Source: Ruditapes philippinarum
Taxonomy: Eukaryota
NCBI RefSeq assembly: GCF_026571515.1
Contig: NW_026862413.1
Span: 1 to 64,000 of the forward strand
Length of the DNA: 64,000 bases
Direction: 5' to 3'
This document shows, in pieces, positions 38,901-51,735 of this stretch (within the stretch, counting starts at the first letter, position 1; every line of letters begins with the position of its first letter). The position numbers and the translations under genes are program-made. Under the pieces are notes generated by a model. It saw only the letters and a list, made by a program, of their open reading frames with translations. It was not told where the DNA came from and ran no database searches.

Positions 38901-41900
38901 GTGTTCTGTTGTACGAAATGATTGAATTACAAAAAAGACAAATCAGTAATATTGTAAGCAAATATTACTTCGAAACTTGGAATTGTTTCTTGACGCAATG
39001 CACATTTCAATTATTTATATTTGTATGCGGACGAATTAGCTAGTTTTTAACTTACATTGGCCAATCTACAAGAAGTGAGAGGGTGTTTTCGAGAAATGTA
39101 TATACACTGTATATGCACGGTTGTGTGTCAAACGTGTTATATACTTCGGTCAAAAAGGCAAAGAATGAAAATGAAAAAAAGATAAAACGATGTAAAGGCA
39201 ACAAATTGTCTAAAATACTCATTGAACTGCATAAAGTATGGGTCAATATATCGAACGGACAAGGGGTATAGGGTAAAAAAGTAACATATGTTCATGTCCT
39301 TTGGAATCTAGGTGAACATACTTAACTATACATATTCTTCCTTTTAATTTAAATTGGCATGAACATTTAAATTAAAAGGTTTAAATGTATGTGATATTTA
39401 ATAGACATATAATATTCTACATTAAATACATTGTATTGTGAAATTGGTAAATTGTTAACATGAAAGTAATTCATGAAAGTTTTGTATATATCGTATATAT
39501 CTGTATTTCTTGTTAATTTCCGCTTTTTTGCCTGCTGTTCATTCCTTTAATCTTATCTTATATGCTATATTGCATTTCAATCCAAGAAATGGAACAACAA
39601 AATTGGCCTTTTTGTTAGCAATATATTTCATTGTGAATTTTAGATTATTTAATTAACGTTAATGGCATTTGTATTGAATGAATGCAATATTGCCTTCATT
39701 TTGGAGTGTGATTAAGCTGCAATGTAAAGAAAACGACACTGAGAAACAATTAAAAAGGAAACTCAACAACTTACAGAAAGGAAGAAGAAGAAATATTGTA
39801 TTTATTTATCTTAAGATATAAAATTGTAAAATGTCCAAAAATATTTTTTTATGGTTTTAATCGAACCGCACTATATATTTATTTTGAATAATGTTTTCTT
39901 GAAGACAAAATATGAAAATGTATATATCTTTACAATATTTGGTGACAAGAGATTGCGATTTAACTTAACAACTTCACTGGTTAATCTGTAAATGAATGGA
40001 GAATTCGTAATATGTCCATAAAGCCTTCAGATGAGGGAAAAATATTTCAGTAATTCAAACTTGTGAAAATTGTACTAAGGTTTTAGGCAAAGTAGAAAGA
40101 TTCAAGTAACAATTTACATGTAAACATCGATTAATGGTGAATTTTTCTTTATGTGTAACTATATGTCTACTGCGTTACTTACGCAGTAAAGACATTTTGT
40201 TTGCATATTGTGACCTCTTTTTGTAATAAGCGTGGGTTGTAAGTGCCATTGATAATGTATAAAATGATTCCGTTTGGTTAATTAACAATAATATACATTT
40301 AATTTCATTTTCAAAATTTTCATGTAAAAAAGCAATAAGTTTGCAGTTATTAAATTAAAGTGAAGCTAAAAAAAACGTCTATCAATATATGTGTGCGTAT
40401 TTATACGTTGTTTTATTCAAAGAGATTAAGTTTAGTCAAACCGTTTTAGCATTACAATTTATTTTAGTGATGCAAGACTCAACATAATCATGTGTACATT
40501 TGTATGCTCCAGGAAATAATTATCATGAAAGTGGTAAATGACATTTTTTTTAAATGACAAATTGAAGCTGGTTACAGTCTTATACAGCAGTAAAACAAAC
40601 ATTTCAAGCGAGTACTTAAAATACGCCAACAACTTTAGCTATCAATGATGTTCACATTCATGCATAATTTATGCTAACGAAATGCCATTTTTGTTATTTA
40701 AACTTATGTTGTCACGTAAAGAAAGTCGAAAAAATATTATAACTATAGGGAGGGAGGAAAGAGGCAGGCAGGCAGGTAGGTAGGTAAATAAATAAATATG
40801 TTATTTTGTTTCAGGCTGAAGAATTCGGAAGAAAAGTTTTTTTTTATTGAAACATAACGAATGATTTAAATATTTAGATTGTCTTTCCACTTTAATAATC
40901 TCAACTTCAGATAATTTCGATACGTATTGCTTTTTACATACCATGAAAACCGATTTAATGTTATGTTACAAATGTGTATTGTTACGACGAAGATGATGTT
41001 TTACATATGATTTAATTAAATTTGACTACAAGGTATCTTATTACTCATAGCTTTTACGTATTTCGTAGATTCTTGCACAGGTTTGCAACTCCGATTGAAG
41101 AAATAAGTAAGATTATTTTAGATATCACCTTTTTAGTCTTTTATAAATCCTAAAGAATGGCAATGAACATTGACACTGTATTTTATATATGTATTTTAAT
41201 AGTTAAATTGATGAGAACCTTAACCATTTTCATGAAAAGATAACTTTTGTATCAATAAACTTTCGAGTTTTGTTTTCCTTTTTCCCTTGCTAAAAATCTA
41301 TTATAATTAATCTTATTTTTGTCCTTTACTTCCACAAATGGAGAGGCCAAATTGGTTTTGTTAGCCAGCGATTTGTATATTCCCATTGGGACGCTCTAGT
41401 TTAATGACATTTGTACTCAATGGCTGCAATATTGACTTTGGTAAGTGTTTACTTTGATTACGCAGCTCTGTGAACTGATACGAATGACATGATAACAATG
41501 AACAATAAGAAAACAACAAACAACAGTTTTGAGGCATTGCTTTTGGCATAACCTGCTTTATTCATGAAGAATGTACTTATTGTCTGAATTTGATATTATT
41601 CACGTAATAGCATAGTATACAATCAAACAAAAGTTATCTCGACACACTCTTATGATTTTTAACGCATATTGCTTGTACTATAAACAGTGCTCTCTGTTAT
41701 CAAGTCCGTGACAAGTGGATATTTTAATCAACAGATCAATAATGTAAACGAACACTGAACATTTTGTACCAAAAATATCTCAATTCAGCGAGGGAGAAAA
41801 GGAAATTGAACTCCAGACACCAATAATCATATTCTATGTAACATGCCATTCAGAAGAATTTGTCGTGTAGAAACATGTCAAATTTGATTCTTCCCCAGAA

Positions 41901-43751
41901 GGTCAAAACACAAAAGATATAGACAGGCAGAAATTGATTGGACATGAACTTCCTTTGATTGCTCCATTTCCGATGCTGGTGAGAATCCACTGATGAAAAA
42001 CGAATATTTTACTAACAATATAATTAACGTCTCACTAAAGATTGTATTTAGTAAACTAGGTTATTGGTTTCGATTAAAACGTTTTTAAAGCGACTATAAT
42101 TAACAATATAATGACGATTAAGAATAAATTAGCGATGACAAAACAATATTTGATTTAATATACGTGTAACAGTAGTACCTACACTAGAGAAGTGCTTAAA
42201 AAGCATGCAGCTTTAAGCATTCTTGTTTAGTTTCTGCCTTAAGGACCTAAACAGAGTACCTGGTCAATGACGGAAAATGTCCAACACCATTGATCTTATT
42301 TATATTTTGTCTTCTTAAAAAGCTTAACGTGACATGCTTCCAACTTTTGTTGTTGTCAAGTTGAACGCTGCCCTTTGTTGTTCATCTTATTTTCTTTTTC
42401 TTTTGTTAAGCTAAATTGACTATATATTCAAAATATCTGAAAAATGTGATCCCTTCTAAAAACAGCAAAATTGTTGAGCATAATGTTTCTTAAAACACAT
42501 TCATTTTATGCTCCATTGCAGAATAAGATCTTACAACTTACAGTTTTTACGCTCGAGTTCGCTTCCTCGAATTTATCAGTACAAAAGCTCAAAAAGAGCA
42601 GACTAAGAAATAAACACAGAGGTTATTGAAACAACACTACCTTACTGTTGATTCATTTTACATCCTTCAAGAAAATTCTAAGATCATTGCTATATAGAAG
42701 ACAGTGAAACAAACATGTTTTATAAGCAAACAGTATAAGTAATATATGATATTAAATTATTTAAAAGAAAAAGATCAACATGGAAGGGTGGCATTCAAAG
42801 AACGCATCGCCAACACAGAACCACCCACAAGAGGCCCAACATGACACCAAACAGGACTGGGAACGCGGGCAAAAACAGAAATCGCATGAGATGCCACTAT
42901 AAACCACCAAAAGACATTGTAAAGTAAAAGCATTAACACATCTCCGGTTTTTTATATATGTAACTACGTAATTATAATACTCATCCTTAACAGAAAAATA
43001 GTTTTTATATTTGCTATATAAAACGACAATCGGATAATTTTCATATCATACAAATATTTTTATTCAAATGATTAAACTGCAGAAATGATAATAGTCAAGT
43101 AGTTTATTGGCATAAACACATTTACGCGTTCATAGCCAAGTTTTATGAATGGCGGTTTATAATTTAACCTAAAACATTGCATATACAGTTACAAATTTTG
43201 TAAAAAATACATGTACAAAACATACATAATATTTAAGTTCAGAAAAGTATGGTGATGGATTAAACATAGCTACATAATTACAGGCAAATAACAGTGAAAC
43301 ACACAAAAAAAACCCATTGATTTTCAGATTAATTATGTTTAAAAATAAAGAAAAAAAATCTTAACAGAAAACTAGACAGTATTTCTTTTTTCAAAAGATA
43401 AGTGAATATATTCTACTTATTTTATCATTACGTATAATGAAATAAAATGATTATTTCTTCAGTGGTAAAAGATTTAGTAACTCCACGATTCGCTTGATAT
43501 TTATAAATGATACTTCATTTAAGAAATAATACAATTCTCATTTATCATGCTTGACCGTTCTCAAAATGACTTCCTTCACTTGTAGAAAAAATATGAATGC
43601 AGGATTGGTTTGCGTAATACAAAAATATTTTAATTTCAATAAATACATTGAGTTCTAAATACTCGTTAAAAATGTAAGTATACCAATTTATATAGCCGAA
43701 ATGTTTAATGTTGACATCATTCCGATTTTTTCTTGTGCGTTTAAAGACTTA

Positions 43752-44049
43752 GATAGATAGATAGATATATTTATTTCGGCATAAAGGTAAACATGTTACA
43801 TGATAAACAAACACAATATAGATTAAAACAATTACAAATAAATAGATAAATAAATGAATAAATACTATATTATGTAAACCATGACATGTTCTCAAAACCA
43901 AGGATAACACAAAAAAGAGCAAGCTCTTATTTCCATTGTGGTCCTAAGCATTTGGTGGCATGACATAGAGAGGTATTTCATAAAAGAAAAAAAAATATCA
44001 CAAATTATAAGATAAATCACATTAATGAAGGATATCATTTAAAATCATC
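43752..44049 (-). mobile_element. Short 3'-end fragment of the same LINE family as 25670-28793, with (TATC)n tail
   Basis: Absent from the paralog near 5110 (aaagacttattacattcg). Flanking duplication actta at 43747-43751 and 44050-44054. The minus strand ends aataaatatatctatctatctatc and contains ggaccacaatggaaataag. Confidence 0.88.
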
Positions 44050-47000
44050 ACTTATTACATTCGTTAGAACAATGTTCACAACATTAATTAAATACGATAT
44101 GCTTATTCATTGTTTTTCATTTTGTACCCTTAAGATATAAAGTTTTGATTTTCTACTTGTTTTAAATATAAAAACATCAATGTTCCGTCCTTAGTAAACA
44201 ACATGCAGTTACTTTAGTCACATGAACCTTAAAAATAACATAATAGTTTTTTTATAATTCTTTTTTGACAGAATCTTTTGCAAGTAAACGGCGTTCGTTT
44301 GCAGTTTTATAAAGTTTTATGAGAAAAACAAAGAAATATGCTTGAAAACATACTTTTTATATATTTTGATACATTTTCTTACATTATTATTTCCTTATAG
44401 CAAAACGTATACAAATCTGTCTATTCTTTAAATGTAAGTTTCAGTCACTACTCATACGTTGTTAAGAGAGTTTGTTTAAGAAATTTTGGAGGATAATAAC
44501 TTAACGTAATTTAATTCACTTACTTGTAAACTGTAATCATCTACATTTAGCATCTGTGTATATCTTAGTGTAGCTCAGTGTATGGAAGAGATTTTCTTCT
44601 GAATAAATCTTGTGCTTACAACCAATAAATAGAGCGACAAAATTGCCTTGTTATGCCAGTGATTTGTCTATTCCTTTAGGGTTGTTAAAGATAAATGTCA
44701 TTTGTATTCAACAATTGCATTATTGGTATTTGGTCAATATCAAGCTCAGGGCTTGCATAAGTTTCTCGTAGCGCCGTATTTTTATCACCATAAGAAAACA
44801 AGAATAAGAAACAATAACACCGATTATGAATAAAATACTATTTTGATTATCATTTTCTCATACATTTTTATTTGTTATAATACCTTTAGTGTTGCAATGA
44901 CTTACCTATTATAGACTTTTTCATTTAAGCGGTAAGCGTCGAGGAAGAGTTACTTCCCTTACTGGATGTGACGTAAATGGGGGATTGTACTAAACAAACT
45001 ACGTATAATGTTAGCTTATTGAAATTTGAATGCGTAAATACTGATCGTTCAATTACGATAATAACATTAAAAATTTGTCGCATGAATACATAGATTTCAT
45101 ATCAAGAAAATAAAATAAAAAATACAAAACAAGGATTAAAATTAATTCTTGCTACGGGGTTAAACAGCAGAATTTCAAAATTAGATTTTCTTTAATGCCA
45201 GAGCAAAATGTTAGTACCTAAATCAAATCTTTATTCTTTATGAACACCCATACACAGTGAAATTACCTAGTTATATAAATTTAAATAGACATTTTCTAGT
45301 TTTCTGTCTGATTTTATGTCATTTAGAAAATTCCGGCGTATTTGAAATAAGATTGTGAATCTTTTTTGAATGATTGTTTTTCAAGCTTTAATAGAACAAT
45401 AGCAGAATTCATTCTGTCAACACTTTTTGATTCTTTTTAATTAAGCCAAATAAATAAATCGTTCATAAAACAACTGAAGGAAACATTTGTATAAATATTC
45501 CTGAAAGAACGAAAACTACGTGGCAATGACTTTTATAAAGTAAGAGCTGCAAAAGACAATAATTAGATAATTTTAATATTACAAATTTATTCTTATGATT
45601 ATGAATATAAACCACATTATCCCAGAAACTTATTTTATAAACAAATATGTGTGTATATATAAGCGCCACTGAGCCGTAACATATTGTTTTACAGGGTGCA
45701 TATGTTGTATATAATAGCGGCACTTGGCTGTGATATCATTAATCACCAGGGTGAATATTATAGAGGTATAACATTACATCAGATTACGTCACTTTTGTTA
45801 GTTGTCAAATATACATTATGCGAACCTAGGGGCCATGCCTTAATGATATGATACTCCAGAATGACTTCCAAGTGGCAGCGTCAAAATACGCAAAATTATA
45901 ATTCAGTTAATAACGAATTTCTGTGTATGTGTTTCACAACTTGCTTGTAGTGATTTTTTTTAAATATTTGATAAGCAAAATATGAATTAAATAAACATAT
46001 AAAGTTGAACATTTCACTTTACCAGCTTTAATATAATATGAAATGCATTCACTTAGAGTGACAGGCGAGTTTTTGTGCCCACACAAATGGTATACAGTCA
46101 TGTTCATTCAAAATAATTTTTACTTTTATGCTTGAACAATTTTTTTTTTGAAATTACATACATGTATTTTGTAAATGATTTAATCCTTTTTGCCAAGCTA
46201 GGCACTTAAGGTTTGAGTACGTTGAACACATAAGCTTTGTAAAACATAATAGAATACAGTATTCAAATAATGAAATGTAATATTAGTTAAATATATAAAA
46301 ATGATCTTTCAGATTAATTGAAAATACTTTGTATGATGTAATCCTAATCTTATTAGGCACACCAATTTTACCCTTTTCTTGTGGACGAAAAAGATTTCTA
46401 CAATTTGCGATCATAATACACCAAAAATATATTGATTTGACTTCAGTAACAATTAATGAGAAACTGCTTTGTTGTTGTTTTTTTAACTTTTTCTGAATTA
46501 TCGGAATGTTGATAAAAGTTACCATTCATATAGGTTCTTTTCCGCATCTGCGTCAACTCTGTAAATATATTATATAAAGAGATATAATTTTTAGAACATA
46601 AAAGTATACTTTACTTTTCAAGCCAGTTATCTTTTACGAGGTGCTTTATCCAATTAGTACAAGGTGTTAAGTATTATGCAATTGTTGGTGAAACAAATCA
46701 TTATCTTAATTCATTTAATTAACCATTATATAAATGTTATATGAATCCTAACACTAATATTTTGCATTGTTCATTTAAAAATAACGTTAATGAACGTAGT
46801 TACCATGCAAATGTTTATCATCGCATTTTACAAGCTGTGTCCAGACTTTTACTGCTGCACGGTTTTATTTCAAATCTTACTAAAATTGTTATGTTGGTAA
46901 AAATAAATTTATTTATTACATATTTACGACATCACTTTGATTATCTACGACATAATAATTGTCGTTTAATTACATCATAAACAAGACAATCCTTTTATCC

Positions 47001-47668
47001 ATGTGTCTTTTGAATATGGTGTCTTGACATTTGAAATAAAACTTGAAAGCCCTATGCTGAAAGCTAATGGAAAATTATGATCAAATTGTATACATTGAAA
47101 CGGAAAGGATCATAAATTCACACTAAAGCATAAAGCCTTCAGTGAGTTCACGAAGCATTACACAATACACGAAATACTTATATTATGAATGCGTCAGAAA
47201 GGCTTTTATCAGCATGTCTTAAATAATGCACGGAGGTGCACCTGAGCTCTTCTTCCAGCAGTTAAGCTGGAAAATTTACATTCAACCGACATAGTGTTGT
47301 ATTGATAAACAAATAAGTCGTTATTAAATCACATTTATCACCGATATGTATCAATATGTTCATGTTTATTAAAAGGCAAGTAATGTAAGACCATTGTAGT
47401 TATTTCTTTTAGTTTAAGCACCGATACCACAAGATGCATCAGAATTTCAAAATAACCGAATAAAACTGTCATTTTACAAAACCGTCTACATTGTCTGCCA
47501 TTTTTGATGAATTCAGGAGAGGTTACCACGGTATCACGGATATTTCCAGAAATGCAAGTATGGAAGGATAGATGTGTCAACATCTTCAAAGTTATGAAAA
47601 GTTGTGACATATTTCAAATAGTTAACTTCCTATAAAATTCAATCTTTATAGACTGACGATATGTCAGT

Positions 47669-48022
47669 ATATAGAGGTTATTGAATGAGTGTAGTTTAAT
47701 ACTAAATTTATTGAACGAGTTGAATAAAATCATATTATGCGAGCCTCTGGTGGGAAAAATATTGATTTATTCAACGAGTTCAATAAATTTAGGATTAAAT
47801 CTACAAGAATATAATATTCTTTATATCACATATATAAAACAAGAACAGTAAACTGTTAAAATGAGTATTTTTTCAATGACGCGCATGTAGTGTAACGCTA
47901 GTATTAGTGCGCTTTAAGGCTATGTTTCTTTATAGCGCAAATGACGTCACGTCAAAGTGTTATTACACTAGTGTAATATCTTTCTTTATAACACTCCTGC
48001 GCCGCGGTTTGCGTGATAAATA
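47669..48022. mobile_element. Paralog of the 8750-9113 foldback element
   Basis: Same hairpin (aatactaaatttattgaacgagttgaataa...ttattcaacgagttcaataaatttag) and a terminal gtgataaa. Confidence 0.6.
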
Positions 48023-48083
48023 AGTTTATAATACATTTTAATTGACTCTGTTTAAGCAATGAATGGTAATTACAGTCGCACAT

Positions 48084-48232
48084 GAAATAGAGAGAAATAA
48101 AACTTCCCTAACGAACGCACACAACGTCATTATTGAAAATGTTGCAGGCTCGGTTATTATTGGCCGGTCAAGTGCAAACTACCGTCCATGCCTCCTTAGC
48201 ACAGGCTTAAGCAGAATTCAACATTTAATCAT
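48084..48232 (+). other. Unidentified structured element, copy E8 (paralog of E2, ~12-nt deletion)
   Basis: gttgcaggctcggttattattggccggtcaagtgcaaactaccgtccatg...ggcttaagcagaattc. Confidence 0.82.
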
Positions 48233-49004
48233 GGTTATGGTGAAAGTTTGAATCTAGAAACATCCGCAGATGTGTTTATAAGGCGGTTTTTATGGAACCT
48301 TCAATGTGGCGCGTGAGTGCCATTCCATGACAAGCGGCTTAAACTCCCAAAGTAAAATATTTAAAAAAAAATATTTTTCTTAGAAAATTTAAATGCCATG
48401 ATATCATAGGAACTTTGATATCAAAGGAACAGAGTATACTTTAACTTAAGGTGTCAACTAATGTTAATGAAATTAAACTTCCTGTTTATTTTCTTCTGGA
48501 AACATCAGTTCCTGAATTCATCAATAACTCAAAGCAGCATAACGTACAATAATTGCTTTGGTCCGTTAATTGTTCATTAAATTCAAATAAATTAAATGAT
48601 TTAAAGCTAATTGTGATTCATTTTCCGTTTAACTGAGAAGAATACAATGTATCTTTATTTGTTTTACAAACAGAGTGGAATATACCGTATACCAGATAAT
48701 TTCAAGTACAGTATATTTTATGTCTTTGCAATAATTAGACACCACCTTATCTGCTGCATAGACTCAAGTTATTGAAACCGTTTAAGCCGGCTCTTACGAT
48801 CACAATTCTTATGCCTCGACGATTAGATACGAACACATTTTATACCTTTTATTACATAATGTAAAAGTATAATGGTGTGCATTTGTATTGTCTTTTGATA
48901 TTGTAAATCGTCGTAGCATATTTTTTGTATGTCGAAAAATGCGTTTCGTGAAATAGGAGTTTCAACAGATTTTCAACTTCCTTACAGCCACAAGGGACAT
49001 ATTA

Positions 49005-49097
49005 AGTATTGAATTTTAAGTACTGCTTAAGCCGGTGCTAAGAGTGCACTTTTATCATCCGTTATGTTCGGTCTGAATCAAACTGAGTCTCCATTTT
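49005..49097 (-). other. Unidentified structured element, copy E9 (paralog of E3)
   Basis: ctgcttaagccggtgcta...ctgaatcaaactgagtct on the + strand. Confidence 0.78.
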
Positions 49098-49340
49098 TTA
49101 TATTTTTCCTTTCTTTTATCAATTGAATGTATTTTATAATATTATAGTATGTAACACAAGGTAAGACATGAATAAATAAGCCGTAAATAGGATACTTAAT
49201 ATATTGATGCTGAATTATGAAAAATTATATGTAATGCATAGATCCCTGACCTGTCTAATTATCAGATTTGTTGATACGATAAGAACTTCACTAAAGCCTA
49301 TTTGATAACAAAAGAGGAAACTTCTGAAAGAGGAAAAAGA

Positions 49341-49475
49341 GGTGCTAGGGGGCGTGGATGGTAACTTGCACTTTCCAGTACCGTCCATGAACAGGCTCAA
49401 TCAAACCGAGCCTGCAACATTTTCAATTGTGTTGTGTTGGACTTTCTTTAGGGATTCTGTATTTCTCTATTTCAA
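49341..49475 (-). other. Unidentified structured element, copy E10 (best-preserved core)
   Basis: Reverse complement: gaaatagagaaatacagaatccctaaag...gaaaatgttgcaggctcggtttgattgagcctgttcatggacggtactggaaagtgcaagttaccatccacgccccctagcacc. Confidence 0.88.
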
Positions 49476-49657
49476 TGTATTTATACTAAAAAAAAGGTCA
49501 GAGTAGGGATCTATCAATTGCATAGTTGCATAACGTTAGCTTGGCACATTCATTCACTTAAAAGATAGAAATGAAATAAAATAATAAAAAAAATCAACTA
49601 CAATTTTTTTAATTATATCCTGTCTTGTGCATTACTTGTGAGTTCTGTCTCTGTTCT

Positions 49658-49678
49658 GACTTCCGGTAAAATGGCGGT
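49658..49678 (+). promoter_or_regulatory. Putative internal Pol II promoter of the LINE (adjacent ETS-like ACTTCCGGT and YY1-like AAAATGGCGG)
   Basis: gacttccggtaaaatggcgg lies within the first ~25 nt of the element. A second YY1-like ggccatttt is near 49872. Confidence 0.55.
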
Positions 49679-49951
49679 GAAACCGAAATAAATTTTCAGG
49701 AGAGAAAAAGTTGAAAATTAGCCGTAAGATATGTTCTGAAAAGCTGGATTTATCTCTGAATACTAAATGAAAAGTGTAAGTTAAGTGTACTAATGTGTAC
49801 TTAAACATCTCATTTGTTTTAAAAAGTTATATGAGGTCAGTTTTGTAGACAAAGACATTTCAAGAACAGACGGCCATTTTTCTTTGTTCTGATATCCAGC
49901 CATACACGTAAATATCGTGCAGAAAGGTGAACTATTTACTATTTACGTTCA

Positions 49952-51064
49952 TTGACTACGTGTTTCATTGTGTTCATTGTGCATAAAAATAGGATTACAC
50001 ATATAAAAAGGATTGCAGAAATAGTGTCAAATATTTCGGAAAATATCGTTAATGTGACTCCATCAACTGGTGTCAAACGAACCATTAACCAGACTATTAG
50101 CCCGCAGAGCCTTCTTATTGACGCTCCAAGCCCAAGAAGAACTCGGAATTCTCTACCAGATATACCTCCTGCGTGCCAAAAAGAATCAATCACAGTACCT
50201 GATATAGCCTCAATAATCCAAGCAGCAGTATCAAGCACACCTGTGATTGAAGCATTGTCAGACGCCATGTTGCCAGTACTAACTAAGGTAATAGAACATT
50301 CAATTAAACCTATCTTAATTAAAATGGAAAGTCAGGAAAAAGAAATTGTAACGATGAAATCACAAATGCTAGAACTTACACATAAAAATGAAAGCCTGAG
50401 TTTGTCTATTAGCACCAAGGAAAAAGAAAATGAATGCTGGAAAAAGAAATTAATAGAAACCAATGATCAAATAGAAAATCTCGAGACCAGCTTGGATGAG
50501 TTAGAACAGTATGGTAGAAGAAACAATCTGAGATTTCATAATGTTGTAATTCAATGTTCCAATCATGATACCGAGAATAACGCTGCAACCAAGGTTAGGA
50601 AAATCGAACAAATCAACACTGACCAGCTCATTCTTGATATATGCCAGAAAATGAAAATAACTCCGCCAGTATCATTAGATCAAATAGAAAGATCACATAT
50701 TATTGGAAAAGTTAAAGATAAGAAATGTCAAATCATTGTGAAATTCAATTCATACAGAACCAAAGATCTAGTCTACAGTAATAAAAAGGCACTCAAACAA
50801 TGTAAAACACCTGAGTTTAATGTATTTATTTCTGAAGACCTCACTCATGAACGGCAACGCATTGTGCAAAAACTATCACAACTCCGCAGAGAAAAAAATA
50901 TTCACTCGTATTGGACGCTGGATGGCAAGATCTTCTATAAAGAGTGCGAAAAAGGTAAACGTAGACCAGTTAAAGAAATCAATGAAATAGAGAACTTTGT
51001 ACCTGACCCAGACCCAGAGAATCATTTTCAGGCAATGGTGGAAAATCCCTGGAAGGATTTGTGA
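49952..51064 (+). CDS. LINE ORF1 protein (coiled coil + RRM/CTD, L1-ORF1/Tnp_22-like)
   Basis: Open 370 codons with a heptad-rich region, followed by LDELEQYGRRNNLRFHN, IERSHIIGK, IIVKFNSY, FISEDLT and WTLDGKIF, typical of this ORF1 type. The track start is TTG; the first in-frame ATG is at 50267. Confidence 0.9.
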   Translation: MTTCFIVFIVHKNRITHIKRIAEIVSNISENIVNVTPSTGVKRTINQTISPQSLLIDAPSPRRTRNSLPDIPPACQKESITVPDIASIIQAAVSSTPVIEALSDAMLPVLTKVIEHSIKPILIKMESQEKEIVTMKSQMLELTHKNESLSLSISTKEKENECWKKKLIETNDQIENLETSLDELEQYGRRNNLRFHNVVIQCSNHDTENNAATKVRKIEQINTDQLILDICQKMKITPPVSLDQIERSHIIGKVKDKKCQIIVKFNSYRTKDLVYSNKKALKQCKTPEFNVFISEDLTHERQRIVQKLSQLRREKNIHSYWTLDGKIFYKECEKGKRRPVKEINEIENFVPDPDPENHFQAMVENPWKDL

Positions 51065-51149
51065 AACTCAATGTGCCCAATTAACGCTGTTACAAGTATG
51101 TGATTGTTTTATTTTGAAAACAAAAACAAAACAAACTTGTAAATATTTA

Positions 51150-51256
51150 TGTGTGTGTGTGTGTGTGTGTGTGTGTTTCACTCATGTATGTATATAAGTG
51201 CGTATGTGCGTACGTGCGCGTGTGCGTGCGTGTATGTATGTATGTATGTATGTGTG
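51150..51256. repeat. (TG)n/(TGCG)n/(TATG)n compound microsatellite in the LINE inter-ORF spacer
   Basis: Directly visible. Confidence 0.95.
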
Positions 51257-51735
51257 AAAAATTCTTATATTGTTACATTGATAGATATTAGCTAAATTTT
51301 CATGTTCTACTTTTCTTTCTCCTTTCTACCTGTTTATTATTGTCATTAATTATTCTGATTAGAATATTCCAGCAGTAAATTTTTGTTATGAAATTTTCCT
51401 TTGAATAAACTGGTGATTATTTTAATATCTATATTTTTATGAAACAAAGAAACTGTTCAATTGAAGAATTAAATTTTTCCATATTTTTCTATACTAAAAA
51501 TGTTAAGTAATCAACTTTTTCTCTCCCTAATATTTTCCTCTTCTTACAATCAGTAGAACAACAAGAAGCATTATGTTTTCTACAATACTTTTATTTCTGA
51601 CATTTGTCATTTTTTCCGTTTATCTCTTTTTCTATCCTATAGAGTTCAGTTTGTTAGGGTAATTTAGACTGTATACTCAGTTAATGTCTGTTTTGCTGTC
51701 ATTTTCACATTATTGTTATCTGCTTAAATATCCAA

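Noticed and set aside
49341-49420. Element interpreted as tRNA, SECIS, twister ribozyme or Helitron 3' end (hairpin + CTAG)
   Set aside because: Arm sizes do not fit tRNA and there is no GTTCRA T-loop; no 3' GA for a SECIS quartet; twister core residues are missing; homology continues past CTAG.
49939-50268. Antisense ORF over LINE ORF1, and other short ORFs within ORF2
   Set aside because: Shadow frames of the retrotransposon coding sequence.
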